NCBI GenBank assembly: GCA_965219995.1
Contig: CBDCOX010000002.1
Coordinates: 4,864,001-4,928,000, forward strand
Length of the DNA: 64,000 nucleotides
Origin: Candidatus Latescibacterota bacterium
GTDB lineage: Bacteria; Latescibacterota; UBA2968; GCA-2709665
Reading direction: 5' to 3'
Below the pieces are notes generated by a model. That model did no database searches and was not told where the DNA came from. It was given only the letters and a program-made list of their open reading frames with translations. Each line of letters begins with the position of its first letter. Position 1 is the first letter of the stretch. Below, one piece after another: positions 19,292-30,501 of this stretch. A program made the position numbers and the translations under genes.

Positions 19292-20009
19292 TCATCCCGA
19301 AAATCGCGATGACGAAGTCGCGAACCCTGATTTTCGATCCCGCCGCGTCCCGCCATTCCGAAAGGGGGATTTCGTACACGATGTCCCGAACCTGCGGTCG
19401 CTGCGTACCCGTTCTGGCGCGCATCAGCCTGGCGATGATTTCGACGTCGAAAATCCATCGGGTGGCGAAGGGTTCCCGAAACAGCGCGGGCAGCCCCGGC
19501 GTTGCCCGGAACAGTTTCGCCCCGCATTGCGTGTCATAGATGTCTACGCGAAGGAACACGGAGGCGGCAATCGCGAACAGCCGGCTCAGGGAGTGCCTCA
19601 ACCGGTTGCGCATGATTGCCCGTCCCAGAAGGCGCACCCGCGCGCCGAAGGCCATCTCGATCTCCGGCCTGTCGTCAAGGACGGCGCGGAATTCCCGGAT
19701 GGCTTCCAGCGGCGTGGCGAGGTCCGCGTCCCAGAACCCCACGTAGTCCGGGTCGGATTCGAATGCCTTGAGGAATCCCTGCCGTACCGCCTCGCCCTTG
19801 CCTGAGTTCTCCGTAAGGGTATGTACGTCGAATGAATCGATGTCCGAGTCCCGCAGGGATCGAAGGGCCTCGGCAGTGGCGTCAGTGCTGCCGTCGTCGA
19901 CGAACAGGAACCTGATGCCGGGCGTCCTTCTGACGAATCCACGAAACGACTCAACGGGAAGGCGGCCTGCTTCGTTATAACACGGGACGACGATTATCGT
20001 TTCCGACAT
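19266..20009 (-). CDS. GT2 polyprenyl-phosphate glycosyltransferase
   Basis: VVPCYNEA, VDDGSTD, GKGEAVR, DADLATP, DTQCGAKLF, FDVE. Confidence 0.9.
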   Translation of the reverse strand: MSETIIVVPCYNEAGRLPVESFRGFVRRTPGIRFLFVDDGSTDATAEALRSLRDSDIDSFDVHTLTENSGKGEAVRQGFLKAFESDPDYVGFWDADLATPLEAIREFRAVLDDRPEIEMAFGARVRLLGRAIMRNRLRHSLSRLFAIAASVFLRVDIYDTQCGAKLFRATPGLPALFREPFATRWIFDVEIIARLMRARTGTQRPQVRDIVYEIPLSEWRDAAGSKIRVRDFVIAIFGMIEILRRYR

Positions 20010-20319
20010 GCGAATTGACTCGCGGCGACGTCATGTGAGGCGGTAACGGCGCGGTGGATTTCGAGGAATATAGCGTATGCCGTTTCGTGTGTCAACGCAA
20101 TCACCGGGCGCGAAAGCCCGTCGGGAAATGCCCGCGCACGCGTTTCCCCGAATACGATTCGGTCTGCCCGGCGTTGCATTGGCAGGCTGGTCGCGCCGCG
20201 TCCGGAATGGTTTCGAGACAACCTGCCGTGCTTGACAAAGGAGGGCATAGGCCGTAGATTTCGCTGGCGACGGGAGGCGCCGGGTTCCGGACGCGGCGCC
20301 GTCGAAATCGGAGACCTTC

Positions 20320-21603
20320 ATGCTCAGCGATGAACATCGGGTCGAGGTCGCGTTCGGGCGCGGCAGCGTGAGCATCAATGCGGACCCAGACCTGGCGGAA
20401 TGGGAGGTGATTCGCCCTTCCATCGGGGAGGCGATTCCGGATCCGCAACCTCGTTTTCGGGAAGCGATCGAGAATCCGTTCGCCTCGGACCCTCTCGGCG
20501 AACTGGTTTCGCCCGGGGACAACGTGGTCATCGTGACGTCCGACGGCACCCGCCCCGTGCCCAACCGGCAGTTGATTCCCTGGATTCTGGAGGCCCTGCC
20601 GGTGCCCGGGGACCAGGTCACGGTGTTGCTGGGAAACGGGACGCATCGGGCAAATTCGGATGCGGAAATCGCCGGGATGTTCGGCAGCGCTGTGGCCAGC
20701 CGGCTGAGGATCCGGAATCATGACGCGTACGACCGATCGAACAACGTACACCTGGGAAGGTCCGCGTGTGGTACGGACGTATGGCTGGACAGGGCGTACG
20801 TGGAGGCGGACAAGCGGATTGTGTTGGGATTCATCGAGCCCCATTTCTTCGCCGGTTTTTCGGGTGGACCGAAGGGCGTCGCGCCGGGCGTGGCGGGCAT
20901 CGAGACGATCTATCGGCTGCATCGGTCCGACCTGATCGCGAATCCCATGAGTACCTGGGGGGTGCTCGACGGGAACCCCCTTCAACAGGAGGTCCGCGAA
21001 GCCGTTGCGCTCTGTCCGCCGGACTTTCTTGTCAACGTGACATTGAACGGGGAAAAAGCGATTTCGGGGTATTACGTCGGCGACTACCTGGAAGCCCATC
21101 GACGGGGGTGCGACGCCGCGAGGTCGGCCTCGATGGCGCCGGTCGACAGGCCGTTCCACGTCGCGCTGACGTCGAACAGCGGATACCCGCTGGACCAGAA
21201 CCTCTATCAGGCCGTCAAGGGCATGTCTGCGGCGGCCCGCATCGTGGAGGACGGCGGGACCGTGCTCGTTGCCAGCGAGTGCAGCGACGGCGTGCCGGAT
21301 CATGGAAACTTCGCCGACTTGATGCGGGCAGGAGCGGGGCCCCGGGACGTCCTGGAGGCGGTGCACGACCGGGAACCCGTTCCGGACCAGTGGCAGGCGC
21401 AGACCCTGGCCGCCATCCTCGAGCGGGTTGAAGTCGGGGTCTATTCCAGGATGGGTCGGGCCGAAATCGAGGCATGCAAGCTGGCCGCCGTGCAAGATCT
21501 GGATGCGACCCTTCGCGAAGAGATCCGGGCGGTCGGCGGCCGCGCGCGCGTGGCGGTGCTGCCGGATGGCCCGTTGACGATTCCATACCTGGCGGATCAA
21601 TAG
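20320..21603 (+). CDS. larA: LarA-family nickel-pincer 2-hydroxy-acid racemase/epimerase
   Basis: SDGTRPVP, GTHR, EPHFFAGFSGGPK, GYPLDQNLYQAVKG. Confidence 0.88.
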   Translation: MLSDEHRVEVAFGRGSVSINADPDLAEWEVIRPSIGEAIPDPQPRFREAIENPFASDPLGELVSPGDNVVIVTSDGTRPVPNRQLIPWILEALPVPGDQVTVLLGNGTHRANSDAEIAGMFGSAVASRLRIRNHDAYDRSNNVHLGRSACGTDVWLDRAYVEADKRIVLGFIEPHFFAGFSGGPKGVAPGVAGIETIYRLHRSDLIANPMSTWGVLDGNPLQQEVREAVALCPPDFLVNVTLNGEKAISGYYVGDYLEAHRRGCDAARSASMAPVDRPFHVALTSNSGYPLDQNLYQAVKGMSAAARIVEDGGTVLVASECSDGVPDHGNFADLMRAGAGPRDVLEAVHDREPVPDQWQAQTLAAILERVEVGVYSRMGRAEIEACKLAAVQDLDATLREEIRAVGGRARVAVLPDGPLTIPYLADQ

Positions 21604-21621
21604 AACCGAAGCAATCAGCTA

Positions 21622-22006
21622 AAAGCGGGTAGACGGGAGACGTAAGACGGGAGATGATATGAGTGCCATAAAGGCGGGGAGACGTAAGAGGTGAGACGGG
21701 AGATGGTCACCTCGCGTCCACTGGGTATCGATATGGCCTGGCGTCGTTAATTCATCAATTTGCGAAAGCAAGTCTCTTACAGGAATGATATTGTCGAATG
21801 TTCGTCTGCCGACAGGCGACCTGTCCGGCCGCGATGGATTAACCGCAGGCGGACCAACTCGTCTACCTTCTCACGTCTTGCGTCTCACCGCTTTTATTGC
21901 CTACTCCGTGTGGTTTCATTCCTTGCCGGAGGCATAAAGGAATAGCCAAACGGGCAATGACGTCATCTACCGTCTACCGTCTAACGTCTTGCGTCTCACC
22001 GCTTTT
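21622..22006. repeat. Inverted arrays of AGACG-NN heptamers
   Basis: Purine arrays 21622-21706 face complementary CGTCT arrays at 21860-21895 and 21961-22006. Confidence 0.8.
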
Positions 22007-22027
22007 TATGATCTGGAGATGTCAATC

Positions 22028-24565
22028 ATGCCGGAACGTGTGGCAGTCGGGTTGCAGATGGCTGAATCTGCCGGCGTCGAACGTTGTAAATGGCCGGTGA
22101 CACGGGGGGTCCCGTTTCCCAGCGGCGCGGTTCAGGATCCGGCCCTGTTGGGCGTGGAAGACGCGGACGGCCGCCCGGTGTCCGCGCAGTTCCGCGTGTT
22201 GAGTCATTGGCCGGACGGGAGTCTGAAGTGGGTCCTCGCGGACTTTCAGGCGGATGTGCCGCCCGGCGGCACATCCGCCTACACTGTATGTCAGAGCGGT
22301 GAACGGGCTGACCCCGGCGAGGAGGTCCGTATTCGGGAGGACGACGAGAGACTGGTCGTGTGTACGGGTCCCCTCCGTTTCGCCGTGAACCGCAACCGGT
22401 TTTCCCTCGTGGAGGCTGCGGCGCTTGGCCGGACGGACGCGGACGGCAGGTTCGTCCCGGAAGAGGAAGTCGCAAGCTCCGGAGGTGACGCCTGGGTGCG
22501 GATCAGCGAGTCGTTTCTGGACGACGAAGGGAAACGGTATATATACGGCATGGGCGGCGACTGCCTGGCGTCGCTCGCGGAGGCCTCATACGACGTGAGC
22601 GTCGAGGAGGCCGGTCCGCTCCGGGCCGTGATCCGGTGTGAAGGCGCTTTCGAAGCCGATCTGCCGATGCACCATTACTCGGGGTATCGGCCGTTTCGAT
22701 TCGTGACCCGAATCTACGCGTACGCCGGCCGGTCCGAGTTGCGTGTGCTGCACACCGTGGTTGCGGCGTGCAACCCGAGAGAGACGGAAGTGGAGGAAAT
22801 CGGGCTGCGCGTGCCGGCCTCGCTGTCCGGCTCCGTGAATTACAGGGTTGCCGCAAGCCGGGAGATCGCGGGCGCGGCGGACGCCGGTGAATCGCTGCTG
22901 CTCTCCCAGCGGCTCCACAATCACTTTCGCCTGGAGCGGCGTCAGGGCCGGCGCACGGGAACGCTTGCCGAAGGCGACCGCACCGAGGGCTGGATCACCT
23001 GCGAAGACGGCCGGGTCGGCCTTGGCGTCGGCCTGCGCCACATGCCCGAGGAATGCCCGAAAGCGCTGGGCCTATCGGGCATCGGCGACGGCATCGACGT
23101 GTACTGCTGGAAGGATCCCGACGGGAAACGCCTCTCGCTCAAACGGTATTCGGAGGCCGTGGCGTGGGATGACGGCGAGGGGGTTTACGCGGATGGCACC
23201 GGTACGTCCAAGACAACCGAGTTCTTCGTCTGTTTCTACCGGGCATCGGAAAGCGACGGCGTCCCCGATCGTTTGAGAGGCTGGCTCGATTCGCCGCACG
23301 TGTCTGTGGATCCGGCCTCGATGGCGGCCGGCGGAGCGACGGGGGGGTTTCAGCCCCTTGACGCAGGCCGCTTCCCGAAATCCGAGCGGATGATGTCGGC
23401 CTTCCTCGACTGGCTGCAGCGGAATATCGAACTGGGCGCCTGGTACGGCTTTTTCGACTGGGGCGATGCGCTGGTGGCCTGGGACCAGGGTACCGACGAC
23501 TGGCGGTTTTACGGCCGCTGGGGGTGGTGCAACAGCGAGTGGGATCCGCGCCACGGTGTCTGGATCCAGTACATGCGGACGGGCGAGCCGCGGCATTTTC
23601 TGCTCGGTGAAGCCATGACCCGGCATTCGGTGGACGTGGATACCTGCCACTACCACCCGTTCAGACCCTATATGGTGGGCGGTTGTTTCCGCCACAGCGT
23701 GGACCACTTCGGAGACGAAAGTTGCGCGTCCCATACCTTTCTCGACGGCTGGATGGACTATTACTACCTGACGGGCGACCTGCGGACGCTGGAGGTGATT
23801 CGCGAGGCCGGCGAGTTTCTGTCGCGATACCGGTGGACGGAAGACCCTGCGTTCAGCTTCAGCCTGCGCAGTATATCGAACGCGCTGCGCGGTCTGCTTT
23901 ACGTATACGAGGTTACGGGCGACGCGCGTTTCAAGTCGCGGGCGCTGGAGGTGTACGAAGCGATTGCGCGGGGTCAGAACGACGATGGAAGCTGGCACAA
24001 ACGGTTTCAGATTTCCACCGCAAACCGGTTGTCCGACCAGAGGCCGTACGGCATGGCCACCGAGGGCACCACGCTCGCCGTGGAGTTGGGCACGGCGTCC
24101 CCGTTTACCGATGCCGAGTTTCGCAAGCTGAGAGGGGATGCGAAGTCGGTTCACAGGGTCCTGCCGGTTTCGGAACAGAAGGGCTATCAGACCCATTACC
24201 TCCTGGTGGGCCTGGAATTGCTGCACCGGCTCACCGGAAGGGAAGACGTCGAGGCGGTCTACCGCCGGGCCGTGGACTGGTTCTGCGGCTATCCCGACGC
24301 CTTGAACGCGGAAAGAGCCATCCAGGAGCGATACGGCGGCGTCCTGTGCCGGCACCTGGGCTACGCCTACCGGCTGACGGGAAACGTGAAATACCTGGAG
24401 ATCGGCCGGGCGGTTCTGCAGGTCCTGATCGAAAGCCAGGACTGGGGAGACGATCCGAAACGCCGCGGGGCGGTCGAAATGAGTCCGATGCACATCAGCC
24501 TGTTGTTCTTCGGCGTGCCCTACCTTCTCGGCGCGCTTTCGGACGCGGACCTGGGCGAAGAATAA
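22028..24565 (+). CDS. PcRGLX/YetA-like exo-rhamnogalacturonan lyase family protein
   Basis: TRGVPFPSG, WPDGSLKW, WYGFFDWGD, WCNSE, RHSVDVD motifs. Confidence 0.75.
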   Translation: MPERVAVGLQMAESAGVERCKWPVTRGVPFPSGAVQDPALLGVEDADGRPVSAQFRVLSHWPDGSLKWVLADFQADVPPGGTSAYTVCQSGERADPGEEVRIREDDERLVVCTGPLRFAVNRNRFSLVEAAALGRTDADGRFVPEEEVASSGGDAWVRISESFLDDEGKRYIYGMGGDCLASLAEASYDVSVEEAGPLRAVIRCEGAFEADLPMHHYSGYRPFRFVTRIYAYAGRSELRVLHTVVAACNPRETEVEEIGLRVPASLSGSVNYRVAASREIAGAADAGESLLLSQRLHNHFRLERRQGRRTGTLAEGDRTEGWITCEDGRVGLGVGLRHMPEECPKALGLSGIGDGIDVYCWKDPDGKRLSLKRYSEAVAWDDGEGVYADGTGTSKTTEFFVCFYRASESDGVPDRLRGWLDSPHVSVDPASMAAGGATGGFQPLDAGRFPKSERMMSAFLDWLQRNIELGAWYGFFDWGDALVAWDQGTDDWRFYGRWGWCNSEWDPRHGVWIQYMRTGEPRHFLLGEAMTRHSVDVDTCHYHPFRPYMVGGCFRHSVDHFGDESCASHTFLDGWMDYYYLTGDLRTLEVIREAGEFLSRYRWTEDPAFSFSLRSISNALRGLLYVYEVTGDARFKSRALEVYEAIARGQNDDGSWHKRFQISTANRLSDQRPYGMATEGTTLAVELGTASPFTDAEFRKLRGDAKSVHRVLPVSEQKGYQTHYLLVGLELLHRLTGREDVEAVYRRAVDWFCGYPDALNAERAIQERYGGVLCRHLGYAYRLTGNVKYLEIGRAVLQVLIESQDWGDDPKRRGAVEMSPMHISLLFFGVPYLLGALSDADLGEE

Positions 24566-24592
24566 TGTTCACTATTTTTGGAGGTCGATAAG

Positions 24593-25681
24593 ATGGAAGG
24601 CAGCGGGTGTGTGCGGGTCGGCATTCTGGGCCAGGGACGCAGCGGTCGGGATATTCACGCGGAGTGGCTGGTCCGGTCGCCGGAGAAATACCGGATTGTG
24701 GCCGTGTCGGACCTGCTGCGGGACCGTCGCGACCGCGCTGTGCGTGAGTTCGAATGCGACGCGTACGCGGACTACAGGGACGTGCTGGCGCGGAATGATC
24801 TTGAACTGGTGGTCAACGCGTTGCCCAGCCATCTGCATGCGCGGACCACGGAGGAAGCGTTCGACGCGGGTCATCATGTCGTGTGTGAAAAGCCCCTGGC
24901 GCCCAGTACTGAAGACTTCCGGCGCATGGTGGCGGCGTCCGAGCGGTCGGACCGGATCTTCGCGCCGTTCCAGCAGTCGAGATACGCGCCGCATTTTCAA
25001 CAGATACAGCGGGTGATCGAATCCGGCGTCATGGGCCGCATCGTGCAGATCCGCATTGCATTCAACGGCTTCGCCCGCCGATGGGACTGGCAGACGCTGC
25101 AGGAGTTCAAAGGCGGCAACCTGCTGAATACCGGGCCCCATCCCATGGACCAGGCCCTCTGTCTCCTGGATTGGAAGATGCCGTCGGTGCACTGCATCAT
25201 GGACCGGGCGAATACGTACGGAGACGCTGAAGACCACGTGAAGGTGCTGCTGCGGCGCGAGGGATCTCCCACGATCGATCTGGAGATCTCTTCGTGCGAT
25301 CCGTACTCCGACGACATGTATCGCGTATACGGCACACGGGGCGGGCTGGCGGGCGGCGCCGGCGGGATCAGGTGGCGGTATTTCGATCCCGCGGATGCGC
25401 CCGAACAGAGGTTGCTGCGGTCCCCGCTGCCGGGGCCGAGCTATTGCCGCGAGGAACTGCCGTGGACGGAGGAGTCGTGGGCGCCGGATGAAGCGGAAAA
25501 GCAGGCGTTTACGTATATGTCCAGGGCGTTTTACGACCACATATACGACGTACTGCGCGAGGACGCGCCGTTGTTCATTACGCCGGAGCAGGTCGCGGTG
25601 CAGGTGGCGGTGATGGAAGAATGCCACCGCCAGAATCCCCTGTCCAGGCTGACGCCGGAGGGCTGGGAACAGGGAAATTGA
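24593..25681 (+). CDS. Gfo/Idh/MocA oxidoreductase
   Basis: GQGRSG, VCEKP, GGNLLNTGPHPMD. Confidence 0.9.
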   Translation: MEGSGCVRVGILGQGRSGRDIHAEWLVRSPEKYRIVAVSDLLRDRRDRAVREFECDAYADYRDVLARNDLELVVNALPSHLHARTTEEAFDAGHHVVCEKPLAPSTEDFRRMVAASERSDRIFAPFQQSRYAPHFQQIQRVIESGVMGRIVQIRIAFNGFARRWDWQTLQEFKGGNLLNTGPHPMDQALCLLDWKMPSVHCIMDRANTYGDAEDHVKVLLRREGSPTIDLEISSCDPYSDDMYRVYGTRGGLAGGAGGIRWRYFDPADAPEQRLLRSPLPGPSYCREELPWTEESWAPDEAEKQAFTYMSRAFYDHIYDVLREDAPLFITPEQVAVQVAVMEECHRQNPLSRLTPEGWEQGN

Positions 25682-25692
25682 AAGGAGCCGCA

Positions 25693-26793
25693 ATGGGGAA
25701 GACGGTTCGGGTTGTTCTGGTCGGTTGCGGGGGGATGGGCCGCCAGCATCTGAGCGTCATTGGAGGGCTGCCCGGCTTCGAGGTTGCGGGGATCTGCGAC
25801 GTGTTTGCCGAGACCCTCAGGGAGACCGGAGACACGCACGGCGTGCCGGCGCGTTACCTGGATTTCGAGCGGATGTACGATGAGGTGCGGCCCGATATCG
25901 TCGTGGTGGCCACCCAGACCAGGGGGCATCACGCGCCCGCCGTGGCGGCGCTGAAGCGCGGCCTGTCCGTACTCTGCGAGAAGCCGATCGCCATCGACCC
26001 CGCCGAGGCGGACGAGATGGTCGCGGCGGCAGCGGCGTCGGGCGCGCGGCTGGCCGTCAACCAGCAAAGTCACGTGAGTTCCGCGATCCTGAAGGCGCGG
26101 GAAATGGTACGCGACGGGGACATCGGAGAGGTCGTGCTGGTGCGCGGCCGGAACAAGTCCGGGCGCCGGAGCGGAAACGAGTTTACGGAAATGGGCACCC
26201 ACGTGGCCGATATGATGATGCGCTTCGGCGGCCGGCCCGTGTGGTGCGCCGGCAGCGTTTATTTTCAGGGACGCCTGGCGGACGTCAATGACATCATGGA
26301 AGCAAAGGAGATGTCGCCGAAGGACAGGGATTCCGGGCTGGTGATGGGCGATCGCGCGGTGGCTCAGTACGGATTCGAGGGGGGTGTTCTGGGGGAAATC
26401 CATTTCCTGGAATTCGCGTCTGCCAACAGCGCAAACTACGGCGTGGACGTCATCGGAACCGATGGGCAATTGTCGGTCCGTGCTTCCGGCAGCGTTGGAC
26501 AGGCGCTCTGGTGTCTGCCAAGGCCAATGGAAGGTCTGCCGGGCGGCCAGGGGGACTGGAAGCCCGTTGAGACGGTAGGATCGGAGGCCCGGGACGCCAT
26601 TGCCAGGATGTACCGCCGCCTGGCCGCGGCGATCGAGGAAGGGACGGAGCCGCCGTCGAGCGGTGAATCGGCCCGGACGGCTTTCGAGATGATTCTGGGC
26701 ATCTACCAGTCCCACAGAGAAGGCGGACGCCGGATTTCACTCCCGCTTGCGGACCGCCGGCATCCGCTGGAGGCGTGGCGGGCGGAAAACTGA
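25693..26793 (+). CDS. Gfo/Idh/MocA oxidoreductase
   Basis: GCGGMG, LCEKP, MGTHVAD. Confidence 0.9.
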   Translation: MGKTVRVVLVGCGGMGRQHLSVIGGLPGFEVAGICDVFAETLRETGDTHGVPARYLDFERMYDEVRPDIVVVATQTRGHHAPAVAALKRGLSVLCEKPIAIDPAEADEMVAAAAASGARLAVNQQSHVSSAILKAREMVRDGDIGEVVLVRGRNKSGRRSGNEFTEMGTHVADMMMRFGGRPVWCAGSVYFQGRLADVNDIMEAKEMSPKDRDSGLVMGDRAVAQYGFEGGVLGEIHFLEFASANSANYGVDVIGTDGQLSVRASGSVGQALWCLPRPMEGLPGGQGDWKPVETVGSEARDAIARMYRRLAAAIEEGTEPPSSGESARTAFEMILGIYQSHREGGRRISLPLADRRHPLEAWRAEN

Positions 26794-26812
26794 GGATCGG
26801 GACGGGAAAGAC

Positions 26813-27886
26813 ATGGCGAATGCCGATAAAATCAAGGAGGCGCGAGACGCCCTGGATGCCCACGTTCGGGAGACGGTGGCCTGGCACTTCAATCCCGAAA
26901 CCGGCTGCCCGTTCTGGCTGGAGTTCGCGGACGGACTGGATTTCGATCCGTGCAGGGAGATCGGCGGTTTCTCGGATCTGAAGATCCTGGGCCATTTTCA
27001 GGACGACTGGCTCCGCGGCGGCCCGGTGCGCCGCTGGATTCCCAGGGGAAGCGCCGGGAAACGGACGTACGTCTTCGAAACGGGAGGGTCCACGGGCGTC
27101 CCGAAATATCGGATCAGCCAGGACGATTTTCAGATCGACTACGAGACGTTCAGCAGGCACCTTTCAGACAAGAGTTTTCCGAAGGACGCCGACTGGCTGA
27201 TGCTGGGTCCCACGGGTCCGAGGCGGCTGCGCCTGGCGGTGGAGTACCTCTGCCAGATCCGGGGCGGGATCTGTTTCCTGGTGGACCTGGATCCAAGGTG
27301 GGTGAACAAGCTGATTGCGCGCGGCGCCCTCCAGGAACTGGATCTCTACAAGGCGCACGTGATCGACCAGGCGCTGACCATTCTGCGGGCGAACGATAAC
27401 GTGAGGTGCATGTTCACGACTCCGAAGCTTCTCGAAGCGATCTGCGAGAAGATCTCGCTGAAGAAAGCCGGGATAACCGGAATCTTCTGCGGCGGGACCG
27501 AGATGGACGCACAGTTCAACCGGTTCGCCAGGGAGGAGCTCGTTCCCGGTATCGATTTCGTGCCGACGTATGGAAATACGCTCATGGGATTGGCGTATTC
27601 CAAGCCGCTGGAGCCTTCGGACAATTACGCCATCACCTATTATCCGCCGGTTCCCAGGGCGGTGATCGAACTGGTGGACCCCGATCGCCCGGACCGGCTC
27701 GTGGATTACAACACCGTTGGCCGCGTGATGTTGACCACGCTGACCCGCGAGTTCTTCATGCCGCGGTTTCTGGAACGGGACGAAGGAGAACGGGCCGAAC
27801 CGAGCGGGGCGTTTCCGTGGGACGGGGTGAGGAATCTGGGACTGTTCTCCGAATTGCAGGAGTCGGTCGTGGTGGGCGTTTACTGA
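26813..27886 (+). CDS. EhpF/GriC-like atypical adenylating enzyme (arylcarboxylate reductase component)
   Basis: WHFNPETGCPFW, FETGGSTGVPK (ANL P-loop variant), DLDPRWV, YGNT, LERD; short ANL-like protein. Confidence 0.72.
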   Translation: MANADKIKEARDALDAHVRETVAWHFNPETGCPFWLEFADGLDFDPCREIGGFSDLKILGHFQDDWLRGGPVRRWIPRGSAGKRTYVFETGGSTGVPKYRISQDDFQIDYETFSRHLSDKSFPKDADWLMLGPTGPRRLRLAVEYLCQIRGGICFLVDLDPRWVNKLIARGALQELDLYKAHVIDQALTILRANDNVRCMFTTPKLLEAICEKISLKKAGITGIFCGGTEMDAQFNRFAREELVPGIDFVPTYGNTLMGLAYSKPLEPSDNYAITYYPPVPRAVIELVDPDRPDRLVDYNTVGRVMLTTLTREFFMPRFLERDEGERAEPSGAFPWDGVRNLGLFSELQESVVVGVY

Positions 27887-27946
27887 CCCGTTGTCGACTT
27901 CTCCAGACTGAAGGCAATGGTTGAATTGACGGCCCAGGAGGTTGGT

Positions 27947-29371
27947 GTGACCCATATCCCGGTATTGCGGGCGGGAGAGCCATACGCAAGTCTGGACGTC
28001 CGGGAAGTTCCGCACGTTCAGACCGGGGAGCCCCTCGTCCGCGTGAGCCACGCAAACCCGGGTCTGATCGTGCGGGACCTGAACGCCGCCAAAGCGAATA
28101 GACGGGCGCTGGAGGCGTTCAGCGTGTCCGATCTTGCAGCCGTGACGCGCAGGGCCGGCCGGCTGTTCGCCGATGCGGACCTGCCACTGGATCGCCAGTC
28201 GCAATCGCCGGGGGACTACGTCCGCCAGGTATCGGGCACCACGGGGATTCCGGAGACCCTCTGCCGGGAGAATATGGAAAAGATCCGGCTGGCCTGTACC
28301 CAGATCGACGAGGTGCTCGCCGGCCTGACGCGCGAGCTGGATCTGCCGGTGCTGGACCGGGGGTGGGGTCCGCAAAACGGCCGCCCGCTGAGCTACGTCT
28401 GCCAGACCGACGCGCTTGGCGCCGTGTTGCCGAGCAATTCACCCGGCGTACATTCGCTCTGGGTTCCCTCGCCGTCGCTGAAGGTGCCCCTGGTGCTGAA
28501 GCCCGGCCGTGAGGACCCCTGGACCCCGTTTCGGATCGCACAGGCGTTTATTGCCGCGGGATGTCCGCGCGAGGCGTTCGGGATCTATCCGACCGGGCAC
28601 GCCGGCGCCAACGAAATCCTCTTGAGGTGCGGGCGTTCCCTTTTGTTCGGCGGCGGCCCTACCGTCGCACCGTGGCTGCACGATCCGCGGGTTTCGGTCC
28701 ACGGTCCGGGCCGCAGCAAGGTGATTCTGGGTGAAGACCTGGTCCACCGCTGGGAGGATTTTCTGGACGTGATCCTGGTTTCGATCGCGGCCAACGGCGG
28801 ACGATCCTGCATCAACGCGTCGAGTGTGTGGACGCCCGCGCACGGCCGCGAGATCGCCGAGGCGATTGCGCGCCGGCTCGCGCGGATCGAGCCCCGGCCG
28901 CTGGACGACCCGGAAGCGCGGATTGCCGCCTTTTCCAACCCGGCTGCCGCCGCCGGGATTTCAAATGTTATCGACGTCCATTTGAAAAGCGGGGGCGCGG
29001 AGGACCTGACCGCGGGCCTGCGCGGCGGCCGGCTTGCCGAACTCGACGGCCTGACGTTCCTGAATCCGACGCTGGTGTGGTGCGAGTCTCCGGAACACCC
29101 CCTCGCGAATACGGAATACCTCTTCCCGTACTCGAGCGTGGTTGAAGCGCCCCGGGCGGGTCTGGCGGACCGGATCGGGCCCAGCCTGGTCGTCACGGCG
29201 TTGACGGAGGATGAAGGCCTCGTGGGCGAGTTGCTGAATTCACCTCACGTGGATCGGCTGAACGCGGGGCCGATTCCCACGAACCGGATTTCGTGGGACC
29301 AGCCCCACGAAGGCAACCTGTTCGAACATCTCTACCGTCAACGCGCCTTTCAGTACGCGAGGAGAGCTTAG
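27947..29371 (+). CDS. Aldehyde dehydrogenase-fold reductase (GriD/EhpG/LuxC-like)
   Basis: LPSNSPGVH, LKPG, HGPGRSK, NGGRSCINAS (catalytic Cys), EYLFP, PHEG; AGGAGG RBS before GTG. Confidence 0.78.
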   Translation: MTHIPVLRAGEPYASLDVREVPHVQTGEPLVRVSHANPGLIVRDLNAAKANRRALEAFSVSDLAAVTRRAGRLFADADLPLDRQSQSPGDYVRQVSGTTGIPETLCRENMEKIRLACTQIDEVLAGLTRELDLPVLDRGWGPQNGRPLSYVCQTDALGAVLPSNSPGVHSLWVPSPSLKVPLVLKPGREDPWTPFRIAQAFIAAGCPREAFGIYPTGHAGANEILLRCGRSLLFGGGPTVAPWLHDPRVSVHGPGRSKVILGEDLVHRWEDFLDVILVSIAANGGRSCINASSVWTPAHGREIAEAIARRLARIEPRPLDDPEARIAAFSNPAAAAGISNVIDVHLKSGGAEDLTAGLRGGRLAELDGLTFLNPTLVWCESPEHPLANTEYLFPYSSVVEAPRAGLADRIGPSLVVTALTEDEGLVGELLNSPHVDRLNAGPIPTNRISWDQPHEGNLFEHLYRQRAFQYARRA

Positions 29372-29385
29372 AACCCCACCGACCG

Positions 29386-30484
<1,099 letters not shown>

Positions 30485-30501
<17 letters not shown>

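Noticed and set aside
21622-22006. CRISPR array (also considered for 5143-5244, 39374-40031, 51136-51318)
   Set aside because: Repeats are 7-23 nt, tandem or inverted, with no unique regular spacers; no cas genes
26813-29371. Bioluminescence luxCE genes
   Set aside because: No luxAB or luxD; motifs fit EhpF/GriC-GriD better
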